A DNA stretch of 64,000 bases from Marsupella aquatica (GCA_973895155.1 OZ316896.1:20652152-20716151); one strand, 5' to 3'. Shown: positions 38,732-50,433, counted from the first letter of the stretch. Made by a program: numbers and translations. The notes: generated by a model not told the origin, from the letters alone.

Positions 38732-41700
38732 CTATAAACTCCTATTAAAGGACTCATACATTAGCTGTAGCGGCGACTTAGTGTCTTCACCGTGCAGACC
38801 CAGGTTAAGGTCCACATCAAGTGTACCTTGAAGTACATGAGCCTCTTTAGCATTGTTTGCTGCACCTGCCACTTGAGATTCGATGATGGTGCGGGGACAC
38901 AATGGGAATAAATTAAGAACCTTATCTGCATTCAGAGTATGATTGTTGCCATTGACACAAGGTAGGCTGCTATCTAAACTATGTACAAAAATATTACTAT
39001 CAATTGTGTCCACACAAGCTCCAAATTCACCTTTCTGAGTGTCACTACTGTCAATTGGCGGCTGTGTATCAACACACACTAGATCATCAAAAGGTGTTGC
39101 GTCTTTAAACATTTCTGACATATCCTGCGTTTGCAAAATGTACTGAGGAACTTCTAAAGGGGAAGGTCCACCCAAATTGCACACAAGATCTGCATATAGG
39201 CAATCCCGAGGTGAGTCATTTGAATCACCCACTCCCGGGGGACAAAATCCTTTGTCGTCAAGAAGCACGGGCGCTTTGTCTTGGGACAAAGAGCACAGTC
39301 CCATGACAGCATCGAAGACCTTGCCTTGTTCTTCCTCTAGTGAGATGTCATGCCATTGATAATCTGCCAATGGCTCACGCAAATCCAATGTTTGACTTGT
39401 TCAGCATTGCAAATGTTGGCCAACCCTAAACTTCCATCTGTGTGAATTGACCACACTTGCGGTTGTGTCGCCTTCGATAGAGACCCATTGCTTCCAATAT
39501 CATCTAGGAGGGGAGTTTGATCTTGTGATAGGGTTATTCCTGCAAATGATCCATGTCCAAACAACATTTGCGTTGAAGTAAGATCATGTAAGCTTGTTAA
39601 AGTGGGAGGTGGGTCCTGCGGTTGCACTTCGTCCGATTCCGAGACATAATTGTTTGCTCCATCTTCTGCTGCAAAAACTTCATCATCTGGTGCGAGAGCT
39701 TCTGTGGGATGAAGTTGCTTCGTTTGGTAATACTCTGCTCGCTCGCGCTCCTGCTCATCGAGCGTCTGCAGAAACAATTTTGTTGTAGGGTCGTCCGGGA
39801 GTTGCCACTGAACATCACATTCATCAAAAACAGGAAGACCTTTACAGTGAACAGGTTTGTGAGAAGCGTGTCTCCTTTCTTACATCCACAAAATCATTCA
39901 TGCACACAGGAATGGATGCCGGTTCACCAGAATTTGGCCCCACATTTGTTGTTGTGTGCTGGGATGGCTTCTTCCGTGAAACCAATTTGTTCAATGGGAC
40001 ACATTTCTTTTTCCTCTTGGGTTTTGGCTTTGTTCTCCGCTCCTTAGGCGGAGCACCATCATCTGAAGTGTCAATCCAAACACTATTCATTGCGGCCTGG
40101 ACATGTACAAGCAATAAATAGAAATAAACAACCGATACATTCATTCCATAAACAAGCTGCAATGGCAAACAAAGTTCAAGTGCAAACTAAAAACCACAGC
40201 AGGTACAAACACATACACAAACATGAAACATGCATCGAACTCAAATGAGTTCTAATGTTGTACTTACTTGTTGTTTGGCCTCTGCCTCGCATGAGTGCCA
40301 TGTATGCACTAACCAAATTAGGTAGAGTCGTGGCACAACTATTGGGTTTTGCTTTTTGTTTCCACGCTTGGTACTCTTGCTCTGCCTTGTTCTCATACAC
40401 ACTCCACCCGTGGTTGTTCTCCCACATGATGGCCTCTCGATTCTTTGTAAGCCATGAAATAGCGTGCTGACAAATACTCTTTCTGTGCAGGAGCAATGCA
40501 GTGCTTAAGTGCTCAGAGTCAGTCGGAGTGACTGTGGTATTGAATATTGAGCCAAGGTGACCAATAGAGGATTTTAAGGCATGAAGGTCTTCACTGGCCA
40601 AATGGGAATGAGAACCTTCTTCAATTTCCTGCGACAATTTGTTCGTCCATGAACCAACAGCGAAAGTAGAAGGGCAATAAGAGATTAGACGTAGCAACTT
40701 CTTGAAATTTGTTGTCTTCACAAGGCTGTTCCAAGGATCATAACCAAGACTGGGCATCACGAACTTGACTACAGCAAGGAACAGGCCTTCTTCTCCCACA
40801 ATTGGACGGGGATGTGCGAATTGGTTCTCTTCAAATTTTGTGACCAACCGTTTGTAAATACATGCCCTGCATGTGGCATATCATGTGCATGTCAGTACAC
40901 AATGAATAGTACATTGTGACTTGCATATAGGCATTTAGCTAATTGAATTGCTTGAGTGCAAATTTACCTCATCCTGTACTTGGCTTGACTCCATCTAGCT
41001 CGCATGGAACCCCTGGCTTCATAGTACATGAATTGCAAACAACTTCACCTGGCTGCTTCCTCCTCCTTGCATTGTATTGTTGCCGTCTTTGCTCATCATC
41101 GCTATCTAGGGCATACAGGGATACCAAAGTCCCGGACAAAATTAGACCATGTTGTTTGAACACATGGTTTCCAAAAGTTCTCTCCGTTTTGAAGACTCGG
41201 TTTTTGCAAGGTGCAACCTTGCAGACCACTGCATTGGCATACAATGTGTAATGATCTCCCTCTATTGCAGCGCCATGTTTGGACTTAACTGCTATTGCCT
41301 GCGTTTGAACAGGTAGTGGATAGGATTCAGCATATTGAAAGCAAATGATGCCAAAATTCACTTAGTTCCATTCAATGTTACCCTCACCTTCTGTGCGTTA
41401 ACTCTGAATGTAGTATGTTTTGGAGGTGTTGCATCCTTTGAATCGCTATTGGAAGCTTCATCGGAGCTGTCACTGCCAGAACTAAATACTCTCTTACGGG
41501 GTGCTGCATAATTTCATCGCTATCAGAGCCTTCTTGAGAGCCCGTGGTCATAGACTCCTTTGCAGGCACATTTCTTTGGACCTTCTTAGCTCTTGCGGTT
41601 GGGAGTCTTGACCTCGTAACCCGAACATGCTCTTCAATATGTGCATCCTTTGACATTGTTTGTCTAGTCACCCGTCGAGGAGGTAACTTACCAGATTTTG

Positions 41701-42201
41701 TGGTGGACTTTGGGGGCGGTAAATTTACAGGCACATGACCTGATTGCCTTCTTGGTGCCTCGTTCAATTCATCAGGGTCTGACTCTGTTTCGGGTTCCTT
41801 CAAGGACAAACCCAGTTTCTTTGGCTGCAATGTGCGCCCGGTTGTGGGCGGTTTCGCCCACTGCCCGTCGTCATGACACTGCGAGGGCTCTGTAGCGCCA
41901 TCGTTCCCCTTTAGAGACCTTTGTCGATAGAGTAGAAGCTGCACCGCATGACATGCATCAAATAGTAAGGTCATGCCTCTAAAACACACTTCGTCCGAGA
42001 CTTGAAAGAAAGAACACAAAAAATATAAAATAATGCAGCACAGGCTCTACGACCTTACCCTAATTTGGTTTAAAGCATGCTTCTTATATGTAGACAACAT
42101 ACGGGGCTTCATACAAACAACATAGAACATAATGGGAATCACCTACCATTACCCTAATCTGGCTTAGTAATGCTTAGTACCTGCTTCTTAGTTCTAGCCA
42201 T
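38732..42201 (-). CDS. MULE accessory protein: predicted H3-tail-like N-terminus (MARTKKQ), basic disordered region, C2H2 zinc finger, helical domain, acidic C-terminus; partly decayed
   Basis: Predicted exons 42201-42181, 41938-41498, 41298-40968, 40866-40268, ~40096-39884 and ~39766-38732. C2H2 motif CKVAPCKNRVFKTERTFGNHVFKQH; NLS-like RRTKPKPKRKKK. Several junctions need 1-2 nt frameshifts, so the gene model is approximate. Confidence 0.65.
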
Positions 42202-42587
42202 ATACTTGTGCAAAAATGGCGTATAGCAAACGTTGGTCCTGTTGTAAGTAGACCGATGTGTGTCAGTCTACACGAGGCCCGGTCAAAGATACTGCAATCC
42301 TTATCCTGCGTCACTCACTCATGAAACCAGGTTAGGATTGAACCAAAGATTAGAGCATATGTATTTGTAAATGAAACATGTGCGAGAAATTATGCATGAT
42401 ACATGGACAAGAATGAGTAAGGTGACTTCGAAGACTCAGATGATCAAAAGCGCCTAAACGCAATTCAACGTTGGATTCATTTGCACGCATTAACAACGGC
42501 CTTGTTTACATTGTGGGCAGTCCTAGTAAAGTTGGAAACATTCGTCACACACAAAAGCTGGTACTGCTATACATCTCAGTGGAAACT

Positions 42588-43448
42588 CTAATCTTTGTTG
42601 CCCCGAGAGGAGTACATGTCTAGCGATGCACTGAAAGCATTGGCTAGCCTCTTTACTACGGACACCATGTTTCCGGTGTCCTCTAATTTGTCACTTGCAC
42701 AATCATCATCTACTGCACTAATAGCTTCGGAAGTGGAAGTGTGAGTTGTCGACGATGTGCTTGTCTTATAATGCGATCCTGCCTTGGAATTTGACGCTGG
42801 CGGAGTGATAGGGACAACATTCACAACGATCCTTGGTGGAGTGGTATGAACAATAGCAATCGGGACTGGGGCGGGAGAAGGGACCCTTGATGAGGGGCTC
42901 CATTGGGCACCTCGCCTTGATGTCAACGATGGCTGCCAAACACAACTGTGCTGCAACACACTGTTGTTGGAAATGATGTTGAGTTCTTGAACGTGAACTA
43001 CTCTGCGTTGCAGCCTAAAAGTGACATTGCAGACAGGTAAATCCTTTGTAAAGTCGTGGACTCGCTGGAATTGATCATGGGGTTCCATAGCTGCCAATGT
43101 AGGGGCAGACATGTCCAACAGAGAAGCAGCTGAGTCCCAAATTGAAGCACAAAGTGCAGGCTGCCCAAAATTTGTCTGTAAAGTGTCATCTGACACAATG
43201 ACCTCAAAGCGAAACATATGAACATAGTTACCATTCTCTGCCGAATCATGGAGACAGTGCTTGTGATTCGGCCCATCAATATACACCTTACACATTCCAA
43301 TCCGAGTCCTCTCAGTGCATCCATGATACGTAAATTTCCTTGGGAAAGGATTTCGAGCTACAAAATTGAGGACTCGGACGTGCATTGGGCCCACAATTCG
43401 GGTCTCTACATCGATCACAGCACGGTAGACGTTGCTCAAGGTGACCAT
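42588..43448 (-). CDS. RPA1 (RPA70) C-terminal-like zinc-ribbon OB-fold protein with Ser/Thr/Pro-rich tail
   Basis: Uninterrupted 286-aa ORF from ATG 43448. Pattern YHGC-x8-C-x11-CLH..MFRFEVIVSDDT..ASIWDSAASLLDMSAPTL parallels RPA1 DBD-C (YxAC..C..C..C..RY.l...i.D.Tg...t.F...ae.llG.sA.el). Confidence 0.7.
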   Translation of the reverse strand: MVTLSNVYRAVIDVETRIVGPMHVRVLNFVARNPFPRKFTYHGCTERTRIGMCKVYIDGPNHKHCLHDSAENGNYVHMFRFEVIVSDDTLQTNFGQPALCASIWDSAASLLDMSAPTLAAMEPHDQFQRVHDFTKDLPVCNVTFRLQRRVVHVQELNIISNNSVLQHSCVWQPSLTSRRGAQWSPSSRVPSPAPVPIAIVHTTPPRIVVNVVPITPPASNSKAGSHYKTSTSSTTHTSTSEAISAVDDDCASDKLEDTGNMVSVVKRLANAFSASLDMYSSRGNKD

Positions 43449-43761
43449 TTTTTCTCCCACAACAATGACAGATTGGAATGAGACAACTTGCCTGAATTGG
43501 TCTTAAGCACTGCACCGTGCACGTTCGCCCTGCGCAAACGAAACAACCTTCAGAATTGTGTCGATCAGAATGATTGGCAACAATGTAGCAGGGCTGAACC
43601 CGATTCGATGCAAAGCATAGCTGATCTCCGCCACCCTAAACCCTTCTGTATCGACCCTAAAATGTAAGGCGACAAAGCAGCTGGAATGCCAATCTCATGT
43701 GCAGATACCCTTTGAGGCACATTAAGGCCTCAATGTACGTCGAGTACATTTGATTCATTGC

Positions 43762-44084
43762 AATACAGCTCAATTTAGTTGCCGATGGGCGACAGCAAAA
43801 TACAGTCCCATCGACGGGTGTTTTGCGTGACGGGCGTAAAGCGACGGGGTGCGGGGGATTTGCGACGGGGTGCGGGGGGATCGCGACGGGACTGTGGCAA
43901 GGGACAGGGCCGAAAGGCAATGGACAGGACCATCGTTGTTTAGGTGCAGCGGAGCCCTCTGGGCAGCCTCTACGTGTCACCCTCGCATCGCCCAAACAAC
44001 CCCAACGCTGCCCATCTGCTAACGCTGCCCTGACTAGTACGATCGAGGCCTTAATGTGCCTCGATCTTGCCCCTCGTCGTGAAT
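43762..44084 (-). repeat. Right TIR (323 bp)
   Basis: Matches the left TIR plus a 21-bp duplication (gcgacggggtgcgggggattt) and a 17-bp insertion duplicating aacgctgccc. Confidence 0.95.
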
Positions 44085-44558
44085 TGCAAAGATGCTATGG
44101 TAATACATAACCCATCTGCAGACTGTCAGAACCCTCTCCCAAACGGAGATGAGAATGGTGATCATACTCTCATATTGTCAGCAAAAGCAAAGCTTACTTT
44201 GCTGGCTATATCGCAAACCTGCATGATAACTTAAAAACATATCTTTGTGAAAAACCTCTTTCACAATTGCACCACTTTCTCCCAGGACTGTCTTCCAATT
44301 ACCTGTTAGAGGGAGGGAAAGCCCAAGTTGCGAAGATGACCTTCTACTGATGGGTGGATCATCTTTTGGTTTTGAGGCAACATTGAGGGTTGGGAAACTC
44401 AAAGTTATGGATCATCCAGTCCCTTTTCAGGTGTTTCAAGGGAAATATCAATGCTATTGAGTAGAAATATTTTGTTGAAAAGGATCCAATCCAGGCTTCA
44501 CAATCCTATCTGAGAAAAAATATCTTAACAAGAATCCTATTCGAGCCGGCACTGGTGA

Positions 44559-45087
44559 TATAGCATGCTCATCTTGGAACATGCTTGATTTTTTGTCTTG
44601 TAGTGATTTGAAAGTAAATAAAATATGAGAGCATAACTAGAAGGATAAAATAATGTAAGTAAAGTGCTTGCCAAGAAAAGCATAGTGACAAGTGAAAACT
44701 ACAGTCAAGTTTTATGACACAACTATGCTATGATTTGTGCACTTATCTGAATAAAAACCATAAACTTAGGAAAGAAAGACATGAGGAGAACTTAAGACAC
44801 TATGTGTTCAAGTTATTTAGAATCATTTCTCTCACTCATGAGAATACTTTGTTCAAGTGGTGGACCAGTTGGTTCATCTCTAAGAGATCACAAACTTTAA
44901 AAGCTATAAGGGGCTTGTCAAAATAAGTTCAAAATACTCTAGAATACCTAAAATTAAAGGGGTCTAAAAATTGAATAAAAAATGTATATGATACCAAGAC
45001 TATCCCTTGATAAAGCACATGGAAATAAAACTACATGACACACAAAATATGAATAGACAAAATCTGAAAGGTAAATTCACCATATAG
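44559..45087 (+). repeat. Dispersed AT-rich repeat family C, copy 1 (~530 bp; probable non-autonomous TE)
   Basis: Colinear with 62739-63221 from tatagcatgctcatc.tggaacatgcttg to gaaaggt.aattcaccatatag. Confidence 0.85.
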
Positions 45088-47799
45088 TGATGGGACTTTT
45101 CATTCAGGGAATCCTTGAATTAACAAAATATATGACGGAAGGCGCTTTAAGCATTCAGCCCCAAAAGCTGAATAGGCTTTGTTGTCTATTTAACACAGCT
45201 GCATGAAGCCAGGCCAAATGGGAGGTTGTTGTTTGATCCTACTACAGTACATTGAAAAAAGAAATTTTGTATGGTTGTTGACGTGTCAGTTGTCGAAAAA
45301 TGATTTGAGATTTTTTGAGCATTAATTTTGTGAAAGTTGCTTTACCTTTTTCAGAGCGGGGAAATTGTAAAAAGAAGACAGATTCTTAAAGCGTACACGA
45401 CGACTGTAGTAAGTTGGTCTTTGGGTGACTTGGTCACTAAAGTCTCAGGATTATTATTTGTCCCATGATTTCTTCCACGTCACTGTGATGGGCCACTGGT
45501 AAAAAACAAAGATTGGCCACTTAGTCACTGAGATTGGCCACTTGTGGAAAAAAAATGTATCTTAGGATATTTTAAGGAGAACATTTTAACGCAGCACCTG
45601 CCGACCAGTGTCACCTGCCCAAAATACAACAAGAAACCCTGCTACTATCTCTTTTTTACCTAAGAGTCTTTTCCCCTTGATGTCTGGTAGGGCCTCTCTA
45701 CTATATGCAGGGCATCCACCTCCTGCCTGAGGGCACAAACAAAGATAGGATTAATTTTATAAGTAAAAGTTTAGAGGAGCAAGAAGGCGTGAAGCAAAGC
45801 CCAAGAAACTCCTCAGGGATACAATGTGCCAAGTGAGGTACTTGGTTGTGATTGATATCTCATCACTTTCTCCCAATGTGCTTGTCCTCTGCTCTTGAAG
45901 GGCATTTCTCTTATTCCTCCATTCAGCTTCATTGAGACTTGAGATTAATTTGACGCCTAGACTTAGTGAGCCTTTCTGTGGGACCCTGTGTGGGATTGGT
46001 TATCTAAATCTAAACACTATATAATATCCAATCCCGCTCTGTCATTTTCCCTGGCCATTTTCATGAAATGTTATTGGAAATATGTTGACATTCTATCCTA
46101 GCCATGAGATGGACCCAAAGGTGCCATTGTGCACCATTGCTACTCCAACCCATCAGATTCCCTGCAGCTTGCACGCTTTTTGAAATTCAGTTGTCAGGTC
46201 GACTTGTTGACTCCTAGCAACGTCAAATTGTTTTCAGACCATCTCATATGCTTCACAACACTTCTCTTCAACATTACTTACTGTCTGTCAACAATTCTGT
46301 ACAATTCATGGGCTTGGGCTCGTCTTACCACATAAGCCCAAAGAGAAGCTAGAGTAAGGACTATAGTCTAGAGTGAAGCCTACCCTGACTCTTGCTAAGT
46401 TAGGGCAGAAACCTATTATCAAAGGGTAAAAGTAACTTCTTTTGGTTCTCACTAAAGGTAGACATTTAAGCTAGTCTATCAAACGGGTAACCATTCATGA
46501 CCTTCTGTGCTAACTTGGTAAAGCATTTATGTTGGAACACAAACCAGGTCCTCAATTTGCCACTTTGTACCCGTTGCACATGGAATTCAGGCTCCGCCTC
46601 ACATGCTAACCCCCCATCAGTCTCTATCCCATTGCTATGTGGTTGACAGAGTTACTCATCATCCTGATAGAATGATGGCTCCTTAAGAAGAGTTAAATTC
46701 AGCTGAAATTTCATCTAGGGTCTTTGTTGCTCAATGTAGATCCAGGGAAGGTAGACAAAGTACATGATTGTCTGAACTCACTCCAAAATGAAGAGAAAGT
46801 TGTTTCAACCTTCCCCATATATTTATTGAATCATCCCTTTTCAATGTATCTCAACTGGTTAAAGCCCAGGTTAAAGCTCCCCAAGATGGATACAAAACTT
46901 TATCACTTGAGCCACTCTAGTCAAACACATGAGCCAAACCCAACTTGCTCATGGGCGGGTTACCCTTTTAAAACAAGGATTGAACAACAAAATAGAAAGC
47001 TTGCCCCCATGGTTATGTGGTGATGCTTCATCTTGGACAATGTTAGAATATGTTGATAAATTGTAAGAATGGACTTTACCAATGTCAAAAGTGAAGCTCA
47101 ACGATTTTCTGGGTTGTACTTTGTTTTGAGTGAAGCCTTCACTTCACAAGGAAATTGTTGATAAGACTTCATGGCACAGTCTTGGTAGTGAATATAGTAG
47201 TAGCAATTTGGGTGTTCCCTTTTGGTTGTGGGGGACCCCTTGGCTGGTTGGGCCCCTTAGGTTTTTTCTGGGGATATTTCCCTCCCCTTCTTGGGTTGCT
47301 TTGCCTTTGGGACCTTGTCTATCCATTTGGCAGTTTTATTCTTTTGCACTATAATATATATATTTGGGGATCCTGTCCCAAGTTGAATGCTTCTTGTACT
47401 TTGGTAGTGTGATTTTATTAACTCCTGTAATAAAGGGTTGCGCCAAAAATTGCCGTGGTCATTGTTCAAAAATGCAGGGCCATTTTGCATGAGAAAATGC
47501 AAACAGGAAAAACCAGAAGGAATAAAGCCTGAAAACATTGTTCGAGTGCCAGGAGGAGCCAGGCCCAACTTGCAAGGAGGGAGGGAGCAGCCAGGCCTGA
47601 CTCGCAACTAGGGAGCACTGACTCCCAACGAGGGGGCTGCGACCAGGGAGCGAGGAGGGGAGGGAGCGACTCACGAGGAGAGGAGGGAGTGACGACCCGA
47701 CGGCTGCCTCTTGCCAACGAACCTGACCTGCACCCTGCCTTGCCCGACTGCCCTCGCTCGACAACATTCATTTACTTATCGACCATTTTGTACTTAACT

Positions 47800-47990
47800 T
47801 CATCTTTTTCATTAATGATATCTTTTCTCTTAATGGTATTTTGGGCAACACAACATCTTTTATCTTAATGACATCTTGGACAACATGACATCTTTAATTT
47901 TTTTTAACGACATGACATCGTTTCTCTTAACGACATTTTGGGCCACACGATATCTTTATTCTCCACGACATCTTTACTCTCCACGACATC
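47800..47990. repeat. Degenerate acgacatcttt tandem array
   Basis: Repeated (a/g)acatcttt units, e.g. ctccacgacatctttactctccacgacatc. Confidence 0.6.
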
Positions 47991-50231
47991 CGGTATTGAG
48001 CTAGTCTTAAATAATAGATACATTCTTTAAAAACATTATACAGCTCTGCACAGGTCTCAAAAGGACTTTGATGCTTTTTGGTTTTGGTAGTGGGTTTTAT
48101 ATTAAATACACTGAGAAAAATGTTATAGAAGTATGCACAGCTCTGCAAGGGCGACACACCCCAAGTGGATCTATCTAATGACTGCTGGTTTCATGACTGG
48201 TGTTGATGACCATGGTAGTACTGCACTCATTGCATTGTAACATACTTGCAAAAAACGTGTATTGATGGGCTGGTCTTCTCTGCACTGCATGCCCTGGAGC
48301 TTCTTATTAATTGCAACAAAATGTATGTCGATTCCCCATCTTAAAACAAAAAACAATTGACCACCTACAGTCTATGACTGACAATACTCTTTTTTTTCCT
48401 TGGCAGATTCTGCGGATATATTCTTACCAAAGATGTGGGCCCAAATCTTTGGACCAAATTGGCCACCTTTTTTAATTCCTTTAAGAGTTGGCCAGGTCCG
48501 CCTATTTCTTGAATCTTAGAAGATCTAAGAGTATATAATAATGTGTCAGATACTTTTTCTCCCTAGCAAACCATACTTATAAGCGAAATGCCTGAAAAAG
48601 TAAACTAAGATTCTTTTTGTGGGCTGGACAAAATGAAAACGGCCATCCTTAAATGTAAGGAAGCAAGTAAAATAAAATTTCACCATTCAGAATTACAAAC
48701 CAAGTTACCAATAGTCATTCTGCCCAGAGACTTGACACTTTTCCTTACCACATAAGTACTTAGTCCCACACAAAAACAGACCCCAAAATGGTGGCCCTGA
48801 AAAACAGAGAGAATGTGGAAGTCAATATTTAAATATGACACACTCACTTAAAGCAGCACCTAGTTACAGCTCCCCACTTCTTTTAGTTTTTTTAGTTTTT
48901 AATTTTTAAGGAGGAAATCTGTAAAACCCCGCATAAAGGAAGGCAAGCCAGTTCTAACATTTGAATCCAAGACCTACGAGTCCCAACTCAAGTGAGCAAC
49001 CATGCACACAGCCATGCCGGCTTCACAGCTCGCCAGTTTTCTTGGGGTCCCTACCCTGCCTCTCCTGACTTCCAATGCATCTTGCCTGCTTGCCCTTCCT
49101 AACATCACTTGTACGTTGTTCTGGCAGTGTGAAATGGTGCATGTCATTTGGTGGAAATTATCTGCACTGTCCCAGGATCGGATTTACATACTAAGCTCTC
49201 AACCTAGACATAAGTTAACACTGTTGACTAACTGAACCATATTGGGATTGCTCGGGCTACAACCAGCAAGCATGCAAAACAGAAGCCCGGTCTCTAAGGA
49301 CGCGAGTGGAGCAGTGTGCACAAGGCCAGACTATTACATCATACTCTAATTGAAATCACTCCTTTAATTGCTAGGGCATCTGAATTGATTAGCTGGGGTC
49401 TTTGTTGTTAGTACCTCGTTTTTGCCAGTGCTGGGGTCACCCTTACCATTTGGCAGTTGTGCTTAGCTTTTCTTTCGTGTAATTTTGTTTTTGGTTTTTG
49501 CTCACTCTTGGCCCTCCTGTCTGAAGGTGGCTTTGAGGACTTTAATTTGCAGTTTTGGTGTTTTGGCATCGGTTGTGGTGTGCCTGGCCCTTGGCTGGTA
49601 TTGTTTTGTGCCCCGCTGGTCATCACTATGGTGGTCAATTTAATAAATTACCAAGTTTCCACCAAAAAACACCAAAAAAAGAGGACACAAGTGGAGCAGT
49701 GTCATATGGGTCCTGACCCTGACAACACAACCATCATAAAAATGGATACCAAAACAGAAGGAGAGGGAGAGAGGAGTGCATCAATGCAAGCTGGACGGAG
49801 AGCCCTCTACTACATGCAATAGGACGCCAGCACCAGACACAGCGGAGGGAGTGCATCAGTGCGAGCCAAACCCTGAAGCCATCTGTGGATTTTTCCTGTC
49901 CATCAATGAATTAGGGGCATGTATAGTTTCATGTTGCCGGAAGAGCAACCCACTTTTTATCAGAGGTCAAGTTAAGACCTGCAGAGGAACATTAATTATA
50001 TATCACACTTAGTGCCAAAAAGCAAAAATGCTGAACCGGGAGACATGGTCCCAATGGCAAAGAGGCCCGGGAAAAAGGAAAGGGAAAACCCAAAAGACCA
50101 ACAGGTCCAACAAGCCTAAGGGTCCCCAACACCAACAAAGGAACAACATCAGAGACAAAACTCCAAGTGAACAAATAACCTACAATGAAGCTGAGAAGAC
50201 TAGCACCCTACTAGGCGGAGGATTGAAAAGT

Positions 50232-50433
50232 CTGTCGGAGTAAACTGCATAGGAGGGTCACAAAGTGGAATCTGTGTAAAAGCCCTTCAACTAACAACCT
50301 CAACAACCTTTCTGTCGGAGTAAACTGCATAGGAGGATCACAAAGTGGAATCTGTGTAGAGGCCCTTCAATCAATAAACTGCATAGGAGGATCACAAAGT
50401 GGAATCTGTGTAGAGGCCCTTCAATCAACAACC
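50232..50433. repeat. Three-copy tandem repeat (~53-bp core)
   Basis: taaactgcataggagg(g/a)tcacaaagtggaatctgtgta(a/g)a(a/g)gcccttcaa at 50241, 50321 and 50375. Confidence 0.9.

Larger units (their letters stand above)
33339..44084. mobile_element. Full-length Mutator-superfamily (MULE) DNA transposon, 10,746 bp
   Basis: TIRs start ATTCACAACGAGGGGCAAGATCGAGGC (33339) and end GCCTCGATCTTGCCCCTCGTCGTGAAT (44084). Exact 8-bp direct repeat TGCAAAGA at 33331-33338 and 44085-44092. Internal DDE-SWIM transposase. Confidence 0.95.

Noticed and set aside
42588-43448. Helitron interpretation of the RPA-like ORF
   Set aside because: No Rep/helicase ORF or evident Helitron termini; the ORF sits ~310 bp inside a MULE TIR. 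Helitron ancestry of the gene remains possible.
33339-44084. hAT classification because of the 8-bp TSD
   Set aside because: The TIRs are ~300 bp and the transposase has MULE DDE, CxxH and SWIM motifs, with no hAT BED finger or dimerisation domain.
50232-50433. CRISPR-like appearance of three repeats
   Set aside because: The units are directly tandem without unique spacers, the context is eukaryotic, and there are no cas genes.
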